Part shown: piece by piece, positions 40,337-52,712 of the stretch
How positions within the stretch are numbered: the first letter of the stretch is position 1
Layout of the letters: every line of letters starts with the position of its first letter
Origin: Dictyostelium discoideum
Lineage: Eukaryota
DNA length: 64,000 nucleotides
Direction of reading: 5' to 3'
Assembly (NCBI GenBank): GCA_000004695.1
Contig: CM000150.2
Coordinates: 3,776,001 to 3,840,000 of the forward strand
Position numbers and translations under genes: made by a program
The notes under the pieces: generated by a model
Databases searched by the model: none
Told to the model about the DNA's origin: nothing
The model's input: only the letters and a program-made list of their open reading frames with translations

Positions 40337-41625
40337 TAAAGGTTGATAAAAATGATTTCCTAAAATTTTATTTCCCTTTTGAAAAAATCTAACTTGTCTC
40401 TATATTTTTTTTTTTTTTTTAAAAATAAACATAAAAATATTAATTATTTTTATCTTTAGATTATAAAAAAAAAAAAAAGGATCTTTATATTTTTTCTTTT
40501 TCTTTTTTTTTTTTTTTTTTTTCTCTTTATTTATTTAGTAATTTGATGTATTTGAGAAAAAAAAAAAAAAAAAAAAAAAAAAAGAAATTATTTTTGTAAA
40601 AAAAAAAATTTAAAAATAAATTATTTTGGTACCAAGGACCACTTTTTTTTATTTGGGGTCTGAAAATAAAAATATTTCGATTTCTTGTGAAAAAAAATAA
40701 TAAAAAAAATAAAAAAAAAAATGGAAAAAAATTTTTTTTTTTTAAATTCTTTTTTAATTTTTTTTATTTTTTTTATTTTTTTTATTTTTTTTATTTTTTT
40801 TATTTTTTTTTTTTAATTTAAGCCTGGTCATAAAAAGATTTATTATAATATGTTACAAAAAAAAAAACTAAATAAAAATGCAATTATTTTTTGATTTTAA
40901 ATTTTTTTTTTTTTTTTTTTACCATTTAAATAAATAATATAATAAAAATAAAATAAAAAACTTACACATTATAATAAAAATATTATTTATAATAATAAAA
41001 AAAAAAAAAAAAAAAAAAAAGTAAAAATTAATTTATATCTATAATTAAATAGTAAAATTTACTATTGTTTCAAATATATTTTATAAACAACGTGTTTAAT
41101 TTAGATAATTAAATTAGGTACCAAGTGTTTTTAGACAAAATAAAAATTAAATGGATAAAACAAAAAAAAAAAATAAAAAAATAAATAAAAAATTTTTAAA
41201 AATTAAAATTAAAAATAAAATAAAAATTATTATTTTTTTTTTTTAATTTTTCCTTTTATTTTAAATTTTTTTTTTTTTAAATCTCAGATCTGTGATACCA
41301 TATTCTTGAAACTAAAAAATATTTATATTTTTTATTTTTTTTTTATTTTTCATTTTTTTTTATAAAATTAAAAAAAAAATTAAAAAATAAAAATAAATAA
41401 TATTTATTTATTAGTTGGACTATTTTTATTTATTTATTTTTTTTTTTTTTTTGATCTATTTAATGGATTTTTACCACCCCTGAGCATATATAAAAAAAAA
41501 ATAAAAAAAAATATAAAAAAAATATAAATTACTTAATAATTTATATTATTATTCATATTATTTATACATAAATATATATATATTTTTTTTTTTTTATTAT
41601 TTTTTTTTTTTTTTTTAAATTAAAT

Positions 41626-42924
41626 TTATTTTTCTAATAATTTATCAAATTTTCTTTGGTCTAAAACTATTGACTGAATTTCTTCAAATAATTTATCTTC
41701 AGAAATTTTTCTTTGAGGTAATTTATTGAATAAATCTATACATTCATCATAAGTTGCTTGAATTAGATCAGAGATGAAGTAACGTAGAATGGATAGTGCA
41801 GTTCTATATATGAAAATTTCACCTTCAATGAAAACTAAATCCCAAATACGAGTTGCAACATCCAATGGCAATGCTTTTGAGAAGAGGGTTGTTATCCAAT
41901 CGACTAAATAATTCTTTGCACTTATACCAATCTCTTTGAAATGTTTATGTAGTGGTGGTGTCAATGCCTCAACCGTTGAATCCATTGCCGCTAAATATTT
42001 TGGTATACCAGATTGATCTTGACGAAAGAATGGTAAGAAACAAACACTATTGATATGATTTGATAATGATAGAAATGCATCACATTTCTCCATATTCAAT
42101 AGAAACATCGCCGCCAAGAACGTCATGCCCGGCACGTACCCAATGTCGGGCCTGTAGCAAATATAGGCCCCCAACACGTCGATCAAATCGCTATGTAGCG
42201 GACCGCCCTTTTGAAAGATCATCAACGATGGGAACGTGTCTTGAATATCCTGTAAAATCAACGCCATATTAGTCGTCTCCAAATCCAACACGTCATCCTC
42301 GCCATCGGTTGATGTATTCATCGGTGATCTACTATGATGTATTGAATTATTTGCCTGTCTTAAATCTATATTTATATTTGGTGATTTCGATGATGACGAT
42401 AGTGATGATTTTAAAGGTGGTGAAGTAGTTTTATTATATGCGTTATTCGCATGCCCTAAAAATATATTGAAAAGTTCATCGGTGACACGAAGATCATTGC
42501 CTATGCATAGTCTCCAAATTTTGCCGCGCACTGCTGGTGGCAGTCCCCTCCATGATAAATCTTTTATCTTTTTTATATCTCTTTTCTTGCTGTTCTTCTC
42601 CCACACTGGTATGATATCCTCTTCCCATACCTTTCTTGCATCTATCAATGATCTCTCTTTTTCTTTTCTAATTGCATCTAGTTTCTCTTTTTCTTTTGCT
42701 TCTCTCTCTAAAGTTTTCTTTGCTTTCCTCTGTATCTCTTCATATTCTCTCTGATGTTTTAATACTTCCTCTTGTGATTTTGGTGGTAATGTTTTTGGTC
42801 TATCCAATGATGAACTTGGACTTAAAATTAATTTCTCAACTTTACCTGTTGTCACTAATTCTTTATAATTTTCTGGTAAATCACATTGATTATTATTATT
42901 ATTACTACTATTACTCTCTGACAT
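41626..42924 (-). CDS. TBC (Rab-GAP) domain protein, TBC1D12/13/14-like, with both catalytic-finger residues substituted
   Basis: A single 432-aa ORF. It has a coiled-coil K/E-rich N-half. The TBC domain contains WRGLPPAVRGKIWRLCIGNDLRVTDELF, ILQDIQDTFPSL (the canonical IxxDxxRTFP Arg is D here), and GYVPGMTFLAAMFLL (the canonical YxQGM Gln is P here). Confidence 0.75.
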   Translation of the reverse strand: MSESNSSNNNNNQCDLPENYKELVTTGKVEKLILSPSSSLDRPKTLPPKSQEEVLKHQREYEEIQRKAKKTLEREAKEKEKLDAIRKEKERSLIDARKVWEEDIIPVWEKNSKKRDIKKIKDLSWRGLPPAVRGKIWRLCIGNDLRVTDELFNIFLGHANNAYNKTTSPPLKSSLSSSSKSPNINIDLRQANNSIHHSRSPMNTSTDGEDDVLDLETTNMALILQDIQDTFPSLMIFQKGGPLHSDLIDVLGAYICYRPDIGYVPGMTFLAAMFLLNMEKCDAFLSLSNHINSVCFLPFFRQDQSGIPKYLAAMDSTVEALTPPLHKHFKEIGISAKNYLVDWITTLFSKALPLDVATRIWDLVFIEGEIFIYRTALSILRYFISDLIQATYDECIDLFNKLPQRKISEDKLFEEIQSIVLDQRKFDKLLEK

Positions 42925-43030
42925 TATATGTCAATGAAAAAATAAAAAAAATATAAATATATATATATTAAATAAATAATAAATAATAAATAATAAATAA
43001 AAACAAATAAATAAATTAGACTCTTTCTTT

Positions 43031-43063
<33 letters not shown>

Positions 43064-43068
43064 TATTA

Positions 43069-43108
<40 letters not shown>

Positions 43109-43514
43109 TTTGAAAAAATTAAAAAATTAAAAAATAAAAAAAAAAATAAAAAAAATAAAAAATTCACTCAGTGTGGGCAGTACTGTTGTCAAAACAAATC
43201 ATTTTTTTTCTGCATGATGGTATTCAAATATATAACCCAGGGTCATATTTATTTTTTGAAAATGTTTTTATTTTTTTTTTATTTTTATTTTTTAAAATTA
43301 GTGTAGAATAAAAATAATAATTTTTATAAATTCTCCACTACTTTTTGATATGGCTTGTAAATATTGCTTTGTTTTGATGGTTTTGAAATCCAAATATTAT
43401 TATGAATAAAGTTTGTAGTACTAGAAAAAAAAAAAATAAAAAAAAAAAAAAATTAAAAAAATAAAAATAAACATAAAATAAAAATAATATCGATCTATTT
43501 TAAAAACCCTGATT

Positions 43515-43546
<32 letters not shown>

Positions 43547-44453
43547 TTTGAATCCTTTTTTACTTTCTTTTTTGTTTTTTTTTTTTGTTATTGATTTTTT
43601 TTTTATTTTTGAATTTTTTTTGTTATCGATTTCTTTTTTATTTTTTGAATTTTTTTTTAATTAATCAGATTTTTTTTTTTTTTTTTTTTTCTGAAAAGTT
43701 TCTTTTTGTTTTTTCCATTTAATTTTTAATTTTTAAAATTTCTTGAAAGTTTTTGATGCGCCTGACTTGACAGGAATTTTCTTTAGGACATAGATACTAT
43801 ACAAAAAAAAAAAAAAATAAAAAAAAATAAAAAAAATATATTTATTTATATAAAAAATAAATAAAAAAAAATTCAAAAAAAAAAAAAAAAAAAACAATAG
43901 TAATAAAAATAATAATAAATAAAAATGAAAATATAAAAAAAAAAAAGTGTTCCACAGAAACAAAAAAGAAAAACCAGTTATTATTGTAGTTTTCGAAATG
44001 ATATAATTAGATTATCTTTTTTCTTTCTATTGTTTTTGATGATGAAAATAAAAAAAATATTCAAAAATAAAAAAAAAATTTGATTTTGTCTAAAAACGAT
44101 GGATGCTTCCAAAAATTTTCTATTTTTTTTTTTTTCTTTATTATTTTTATTTTTTAAAATTTTTTTTATTTTTTATTTTTTTATTTTTTTTATTTTTTTT
44201 TAATTTTTTTTTTTTTCAATTTTTTTTTTTTTCAAATTTTACAACAGTTATACCGCACAAAAAAAAAATAATATAGAATTAATAAAGAAAATTAAATGTT
44301 TAAATAACAAATACAAATACATATCAATAATTAATAATAATAATAATAACAATAATAAAAATAATAATAATATTAGTGAAATCATAAATTTAAATTAAAT
44401 ATAATATTCAAATAATAAATAATAATTAATTAATTAAAAAAAAAAAAAAAATA

Positions 44454-45391
44454 ATGAGTGAAATAACACAAAAACCAGAATTAATAAAATATTTATCAAT
44501 TATACATCATTTAGGAGCAGCACATATAGAAACTATAAATGGATTTTTACAAAAACCATCATATATTGGTTTAAGTCCACCCATTACATTATTACCATCA
44601 GGGTCGGATCAAAAGTTAAACAATGATACATTATACCAAATTGCAACAGTTTTAGAGAGAATGGATGATACACAATTCGATGATGTTATATTTTATTTAA
44701 CCAAACAACTTAGACAACCATTGGACCCTGATGAACATCGCCGTCTATCAGAGATATCTTTAACATTGAAGGTATCGCCAGACTATTTAAGTTCAATTGG
44801 TAGAATCTATCAATCATTTCAATTATTCGAGCTATTAACTTGCCACTGTACAGAAGAACATATCAATAAATTAAAGAATGCCTTGACCTCGGTATTCCCA
44901 TTGCCAATGGAGTCCACCGAGGACCAGGATGTTTTAAATCAATTGGTGACACCATCAAAACAAAAGAATTATTTATCAATTTTAGAGAAACTAAAACAAT
45001 TGTTCATACGTACTCGTATCGACTCAATATTACACATTCAAAGTGAAATGATGGAATATCAACAAAATCCATTAGGTAAACAATCAATCACTCAACAACA
45101 TATATGTGACACTTTGGATATTAAATCTGACGAATATTATTTAGCCACTTGTTTAAAAGAGTTATTATTAACTGATGAATTTACTCTCACTTCACTCGCT
45201 GATACATTTCCAAAACTTCAACCATTACAATTACTTCAACTCTCATTATTACCATTTAAAAATATTTATGAAATTTTAGATTTACGTTTAAATTTTGTAA
45301 ATCTTTCTTCAACTTATCAAATTTATGCACCATTACCAAATGATTTAGAATTTAATTATCAATTACCAAATCCAAATAAGTAAGTTTTTTT

Positions 45392-45425
<34 letters not shown>

Positions 45426-47389
45426 CTTAAAAATTTCTAATTTTTTTTTATTGTTATTATTTTTTATTTTAGATTGGAAGTTAGAATTGTTGAACAACCA
45501 CCAGAAAAAGCAATTTATAAAAGAAATGTTAAACCAGCACCATCAGTTGTTTTTGATGGTGATTCAAAATTATTAAATGGAAATTATTATGTACATGTAG
45601 CATTATTAAGGTAAATTTATAAAATATTATTGAAAAAAAAAAAAAAAAAAAAAAAAAAATTTAATATTAATATTTTTTTATTATTTTTTGTTTTTTTATT
45701 AAAGATGTACTGATTTTATTGAAGAACCAACATTTTTAAATGGTGCAAGTAAACCATTTAAAATTGGATGTGGTAAAGTTGTTACATTTAAGAAATTAAA
45801 GATTTTAGTTACAAGTCATCAACAAGGTGAAACATTATTTTGTTTTAGATTTGATCTACGTTGCTATGCATCAGATCCAGAAACCAATCCAACTGATTTC
45901 ACAGTGGTTTCATCAGTACAAACCAATCCAATTAGTGTTTTATCACATTCAACTCAATTAAAGAGTACTGCCATAGCTGATTTACCAAAGGTTACAGAGA
46001 TTTTCCCATTGAATGGTCCAGCCACTGGTGGAACAAGAATTGCATTGTTGGGTTCAAATTTTGCTGATACACCTGCCACTCGTATCAAGTTTGGTAATAC
46101 AGAGGTTGTACCAGAGTTTTATAGTAATGGTACCTTGTTATGCTATGCACCAGAACATGCACCAGGACCCGTTGAAGTGAAAGTAAGTAATAGTGCAAAC
46201 TCTTGGAGTGTCACAATGTGCACCTTCACCTACGACAATGTAGCCACCATTGATAATGGTGATTCAGCTACCCAACAAACCAATGATTTACTATTACCAA
46301 AGAGTTTGTTTGGTTTGGATTTCTCAAAGACGTTCGATTCATCATTTATCATTAAAGGATTGGATAGTGCATCCAATAATTTACCATCAAATAGTGGTGC
46401 TCATCGTAGTTTTAGTACACAACATCAACAACAATCAAGATCTGTAAATCAATTGAATCACAATGGTTATGCTCCAATTCATTATGCTTGTACCTATGGC
46501 AATCAAGTACTCTTGGAGAAAATATTATCTTTACCATTGTCATCAATCAATTGTATCGATAAACATGGTAACACTGGTCTTCACTATGCTGTAATCTTTG
46601 GTCATTTCCAATTGGTTCAATGGATGCTTCGTGTTGGTGGTGCTTCACCAAATATTCAAAATTTCATTGGTCAAACTCCACTTCATTTAATCTCTACTAT
46701 TGCAAACAACCACCACAACAACGAAAAATGTACATTATTTATTGCAAGAGAATTGGTTAAATTTGGTGCCAATGTAAACATTGGTGACATTGATAGTGTT
46801 ACACCACTTCATTATTCTGCTGCTTTTGGAAAGTCTCAAATCCTTTCTTTCCTTCTCAATGAATGTGCTGTTGATTTATATTGTAGAGATGATTCTAATG
46901 AAACTGCCCTTCATTATGCCACTAGAGAACAACATTTAAATTGTATAGAAATTTTATTATCACATGCTTTCAATAAGGAGAGTGATTCAACAACAACAAC
47001 ATCAACAACAAATGAATATGATAATATTTTACATTATTTATCATCAAGTAAACGTTATAATTTTAATCACAATGATCATGAAGATAACGTTCCTCAAGAT
47101 GATGAAGACTTTGATGAAGATGATGAAAATAGTAATGAACCATTTCATTTATTAAAAAATGAAGATGGTGAAACATCATTCCATCTCTCTTTACTAAATA
47201 ATTTAAATAACTCTATAAATAACTCTAATAATAACAAAATCATTGATACCTTTTTAAAATATAATTCAAAATTCCAAGATAAAATTAATAATTCAAAAAA
47301 TTTAAACAAAACAGAACAATCTTTAAATAATAATCATAATAATAATAATAGCTCAATTCTAAAAATAATATCAACTTTTAATCATATTC

Positions 47390-47437
<48 letters not shown>

Positions 47438-47469
47438 GTAATAATAATTTACTTCAAGTAAATATATGA
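44454..47469 (+). CDS. IPT/TIG-domain and ankyrin-repeat protein (putative transcription factor with Rel-homology-like beta-sandwich N-terminal to the IPT domain); exons 44454..45379, 45472..45609, 45705..47469
   Basis: Exon 1 (ORF 44454..45383) ends AAT AA|gtaagt in phase 2. The acceptor ttttatttag|A TTG GAA GTT AGA ATT GTT GAA CAA CCA CCA gives ...K LEVRIVEQPPEKAIYKRNVKP...VALL + AG|gtaaat, and ttattaaag|A gives R CTDFIEEPTFLNG.... This is in frame with ORF 45904..47469, which has an IPT/TIG domain (ITEIFPLNGPATGGTRIALLGSNF...GPVEVKV), at least four ankyrin repeats (TGLHYAVIFGHFQLVQWML.., TPLHLIS.., TPLHYSAAFGKSQILSFLL.., TALHYATREQHLNCIEILL) and an N-rich tail. Confidence 0.7.
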
Positions 47470-47764
47470 AAATTAAATAAAAAAAAAATAAATAAAAAAT
47501 TAATTTATTATAGAAAAAAAAAAAAAAATATTCATACCCACACCCAAACACACACACCCACAAACAAATTATTTCTTTTTTTAATTTTATTTATTTTTTT
47601 TTTATTTTATTTTTTTGTATTTTTAATTTACTTTTTAATCATTGGTCAACGTAAAAAAAAGTTTATTTTTTTTTTTTTTTCTTTTTATTTTTCTTTCTTT
47701 TTAATCTATCTTTCTTTTTATTTTTCTTTATATATTTATTTTTAAATTAATTAATCTATTAGTC

Positions 47765-47815
<51 letters not shown>

Positions 47816-47853
47816 ATCTATTGATTTCTATTTAAATCAATAGATAAAAAAAA

Positions 47854-50081
47854 ATGAATAAAATTTTAATTTTATTTTTATCAGTAATTCTTTTATCACT
47901 ATTTTCAATATTTTTATTAAATTCAATAAATAATCATGATATTGAAATTAAAAATCCAGAAAATAATAAAAATTATAATAATATTAAAAAACAAAAAAAA
48001 ACAGTTAATAATAGACCAGAAAAAATAAAGTTATCAGGTGGTATAACATCAACATTATCAGATATACAATCAAATATTATTAATCAATTAAATAAAAAAA
48101 ATGAATTAAAAATAAAAAATGAAAATAAAAAAAAAAATAATAAAAATAATAAAAATAAAAAAAATAAAAGTAATAAAAAATTAGAAACTTTAGATAATAA
48201 TAAAAATAATAATGAAAATAATAATAAAAATAATATTAATAAAAATAATAAAAAAGTTAAAAATAATTTAATTAATTTTAAAAAAGATGAAATATCAATA
48301 TTTGGATTTAAATGTGAAAATGGTGGTATTGGATTTCATGATGGTTGTATTTGTCCATACGGTTTCAAAGATGAATTTTGTGAAACACCTTCAAAAAATA
48401 TTTCAACTTGTTTTGACCCAAGTTTTAAAATTGAATACTTGTATAAATTAGATCAAGTTGATCCACAAACATGTAAATCAAAAATTGGTTCATTATGTTG
48501 TTGGTCAAAATTTAGAAGTGATAATAAAATTTCAAATTCAATTTTAAATTATAAACAATTATTATTAAAAACAAATAATATTCAAAATTATGAATTAAAT
48601 AACTCTTCAAAATTCAGTATTAATAATAATGATAATCATGATTTAATTATTAAATCAATTTTACAATCATATGGTCCATGGGATGAAAATGATAAATTAT
48701 TTTTAAAATATATTATTATGAATAATATTCAAAAGACAAATTATATTTTAAAATATTCTAATCCAGTTTCACAAAATTTTAATTATAAATTAAATATTAA
48801 TAATAATAATTATAATAATATTAATAATAATAAAAATAAACCTTCAAATAATCATCAAACTCAATTACCAGCATTATCTTTAATACCATCTAAATCAAGA
48901 GCAAAATTAGCATTCGTTTTATTAATTCATGATATTGATATGCCAGCTATAAAATTATTATTCAATCACATTTATAAAGTTAAACATTATTATGTTATTC
49001 ATGGTTTGTATTTTAAAAAGTTTAAATAATTTTTATTATTATTTTTTTACTAATTTTATTTTTATAATTATTATTATTATTATTATTTAGTTGATGCTAA
49101 TTTTAAAGATAGAGTAAAAATAAATCAATTAAAAGAATATGTTAAAAATTTAAAGAATCAAAATTATAAAAAGGATATATTCATTCCAAAGAAATATCCA
49201 AATAATATTGAAATATTACAAGAAAGATTTCAAAATAGTTGGGGTTCAATTTCATTGGTTTATTCTGAATTGGCATGTTATACAAAATTAGTTGATATGG
49301 TATTAGATAGGTCAATGGTAACTGGTGTTGATGAAAAATGGTCACATGTTATTAACCTTTCAATTAATGATTTCCCAATTAAACCAATCTATAAATTAGA
49401 ACAATTCTTTTCTCAAAAATCAAATATACAAAAGAATTTTATAAATGAAGATAATATTTTAAAAGAATCTGAAAGATATAATGTAATTATAATTATGATA
49501 TTAATATTAATAATAATAATATTTAAATTACTCATTCATAATTATATTAATTTTATTTTTATATTATTTTAATTTTTTTATTATTTTAGAAATCATGGGT
49601 TGAATGTGGTAAGAGACAAATGGTATCTATTAATTTTGGTAGTGTTGGATTAGAGGATGCTGATGCTGATGGTGATAATTATCATTTATGTGGTTTAGAT
49701 AATGGTGGTGTTGAAAAAACAATTAATAGAAAAAATTATAAAGAAGGTTCACAATGGCATTTTATTACATTTAAATTTGCACATTATTTAATTTCTGATT
49801 TCAGATCAATTTCAAGATTATTCTCAATGAAATTCTCTTTTATTCCAGATGAATCTTTTTTCCAAATTGCAAAGTCTGAATCAAAAGATTTATTAATTGA
49901 TCAAGATTGGGATATTGATAATTATAGATTCATTCCATGGTATAATAGTGATAAAGCTTTAATTGTTGGAATGGACGAAATAAAGAGTAATTTCAATAAT
50001 AATTCAAGATATTTCTTCACACGTAAAGTTTATACATCAGATATTAAAAATGAAATAATTGAAAAATATTTAAAAGATTAA
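47854..50081 (+). CDS. glycosyltransferase family 14 (core-2/I-branching beta-1,6-GlcNAc-transferase-like), type II membrane protein; exons 47854..49003, 49091..49482, 49590..50081
   Basis: An N-terminal signal anchor and an N/K-rich stem are followed by GT14 motifs AFVLLIHDIDMPAIKLLFNHIYKVKHYYVIH + G|gtttgt. The acceptor ttatttag|TT GAT GCT reconstitutes VIHVDANF.... WGSISLVYSELACYTKLVD...ESERYN|gtaatt is followed by ttttag|AAA TCA TGG GTT GAA TGT GGT, in frame with ORF 49620..50081. Confidence 0.75.
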
Positions 50082-50452
50082 AATTAAAATTAAAATTAAA
50101 ATAAAATAAATAAATTAAAAAAATAAAAATTATCTTATTTCCAATTCCACCAAAAAAAAAAAAAAAAACCCATGAACAGTGGATTTTGTATAAATCCACT
50201 TTTTTTGGGTTTTAATTTTTAAAATTTTTCAATTTTTTTTTTTTTCTAAAAATAATCAAAGAATCTTATTATTAATTTTAATTTTAAAAAGAATTTTATA
50301 AATAAATTTCATGAAATAATAAAATAATAAAATATTGAAGTGTTATAATTTTTTAATTGAAAAATAAAAATAAAAAAATAAAATAAAAAAAAAATGTAAT
50401 ATAAATTTATATTTAAAAAGAAAATAATTAAAAAATAATAATAATAATAATA

Positions 50453-51580
50453 ATGGAGGATAATATAACTTCAATTGTAATTGATTGTGGATCTGGTATG
50501 TGTAAAGCTGGAATTGGTGGTGAAGAATTTCCAAGAGTTTCATTTCCATCAATTGTAGGAAAGCCAAGATTTGAAAAAACAATGTGTGCTATTGGTAATA
50601 AAGAATATTATGTTGGTGATGAAGCTCAATCTCAAAGAGGAATGTTATCATTAAAATATCCAATTAAGAATGGAATAGTTGTTAATTGGGAATATATGGA
50701 AAAATTGTTATTTCATATGTTTTATAATGAATTACGTGTTTCTCCAGATCAGTATCCAATTCTTTTCACTGAATCACCATTAAATCCTAAATCAAATAGG
50801 GAAATGTTAACACAAATAATGTTTGAAAAATTTAATGTACCAGCTTTATATATAGCAATTCAAGCTGTCCTTTCATTATATGCGTCTGGTCGTACATGTG
50901 GTATTGTTTTGGATTCAGGTGATGACGTTACACATACAGTGCCAATTTATGGTGGTTATGTTTTACAACATTCAATAATTCGTTTAAATTTTGCTGGAAG
51001 TGATTTAACAGAATATATGGCAAAATTATTATTAGAACGTGGGTATTCATTTACAACAACTTCTGAAATGGAAATTGTTAAATCAATTAAAGAGAAATTA
51101 GCATATGTTGCTATTAACTTTAATGCTGAAATGTCAAAACCAATCGATACATTAGAAACAACTTATCAACTACCAGATGGTCAAATAATAATAATTGGAA
51201 ATGAAAGATTTCGTTGTGCTGAAGCGTTATTTCAGCCATCAATGATTGGCTTAGAATGTGATGGTATTCATGAAACAATTTTCAAATCAATAATGATGTG
51301 TGATATTGATATTCGTAAACATATGTATGCAAATATTTTATTATCAGGTGGTAATACAATGCTCTCAGGAATTTCCGACCGTATCTATAACCAACTAAGA
51401 GAATTGGCACCAAATAATATGAAAATTTTAATTGTTGCTTCCCCAGAAAGAAAAAATCTTGTATGGATAGGTGGATCAATTTTAACTACTCTTCCCCTAT
51501 TCCAAGAAATGTGGATCTCAAAAGAAGAATATGATGAACATGGCCCATCAATTATTAATAAAAAAGTTGGATTATATTAA
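50453..51580 (+). CDS. divergent actin (actin family, 375 aa)
   Basis: A full-length actin-like ORF ([32 protein letters not shown]...[19 protein letters not shown]...[55 protein letters not shown]...). It is roughly 60-65% identical to conventional actin by eye. Confidence 0.8.
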   Translation: MEDNITSIVIDCGSGMCKAGIGGEEFPRVSFPSIVGKPRFEKTMCAIGNKEYYVGDEAQSQRGMLSLKYPIKNGIVVNWEYMEKLLFHMFYNELRVSPDQYPILFTESPLNPKSNREMLTQIMFEKFNVPALYIAIQAVLSLYASGRTCGIVLDSGDDVTHTVPIYGGYVLQHSIIRLNFAGSDLTEYMAKLLLERGYSFTTTSEMEIVKSIKEKLAYVAINFNAEMSKPIDTLETTYQLPDGQIIIIGNERFRCAEALFQPSMIGLECDGIHETIFKSIMMCDIDIRKHMYANILLSGGNTMLSGISDRIYNQLRELAPNNMKILIVASPERKNLVWIGGSILTTLPLFQEMWISKEEYDEHGPSIINKKVGLY

Positions 51581-51660
51581 ATAAATTGTTTTTAGGGAAT
51601 TAAAATATGTATTTATTTTATTTATAGTTTTAATAAATAATAATAGACAAATAAAAAAAA

Positions 51661-51938
51661 TTAAATATTGACATAAAGATCTAAAAGTGAGCCAAGATTC
51701 AAAGATAAACCCAATAATTGAGATCTATCGTCACTTTGGGAAGTACCTTGATTAGCACTAACTTTAAAGTTTGACATTGACTTATTTGTTTGGGTTGATT
51801 TAACACTTCCCATTGATGCAATTGATTCTATTATTAAAAAAAAATTATAATTAGTAAATTATTAACTTGTTTATTTAAAAAAAAAAAAATTATTTAAAAA
51901 AACATTTTTTTAACAATTTAATAATTACTGTATAACAT
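51661..51938 (-). CDS. small S/T/L-rich peptide gene, hssA/2C/7E-like (58 aa); exons 51929..51938 (ATGTTATACA) and 51661..51827
   Basis: On the minus strand, ATG TTA TAC A|gtaatt is followed by a ~90-nt AT-rich intron and ttttttttaatag|AA TCA ATT GCA TCA ATG GGA.... The product is MLYKSIASMGSVKSTQTNKSMSNFKVSANQGTSQSDDRSQLLGLSLNLGSLLDLYVNI*. It is not in the ORF track because the first exon is 10 nt. A paralog lies 1 kb away. Confidence 0.55.
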
Positions 51939-52712
51939 TTTATTTTTATTTTTTTAAAAAAATTGTAATTAAAACTTTTTTGTTTTATTTGTTTTATATG
52001 TTTTATTTGTTTTGGAATGAAAAATAAAATTATTAAATTTGAAATTTATAGTTTTTTTTTTTAAGGTTTTTTTTTTTACTTATATTAAACTATATTAATT
52101 ATATTATATTTTTAATAATTTTCTTATTTTATTTTTTAAGATCTCATTTTTTTGAAAAAAAAATACAAAACAAGATTGTGTTTGAAAAAAAAAAAAAGGT
52201 ACATCTTCCAATTTATTCTTAGTAAAAAATAGGAATAAAAATTTTAAGAAAAGTAAATCCCATTTTGTATTTTGTATTTGAGATCATTGTTTTTTATCAA
52301 TTAAAAATTGAATTCGTATATTTTTTATTTTGGAAATAATAATATTTTGATTAAAAAATACCAAATGGTTTTATATTGGTTAAAATTTTTAATTACGTAA
52401 ATGGTGGGGGGATCTAAAAAAAATAAAAGATATATAATTTCAATACCCCCTAAAAAAAACAGCAAAATAATTTAAATAAAAATTATGATTGCACCAGGTG
52501 TGTGTGTTTTAAATTTTAAATTTTAAATCCAACAATTAAAGAGGATATTTTTTTTTTAGAACTCCTGAACACCCAGCATTAATACTTATATCATGTATAA
52601 AAACTCATTATAAAAAAGAATATTACATTTTAATATTAAAAATTTAAAATCTATTAATTGTTTATTTAAATTTTAAAATAAATTTATTTTAATTATTATT
52701 ATAACTAAATTT

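Noticed and set aside
42060-42956. Plus-strand ORFs 42060..42272, 42467..42754 and 42672..42956
   Set aside because: They are antisense to the TBC-domain gene. The first stays open only because of the GC-rich island, and there is no independent coding signal.
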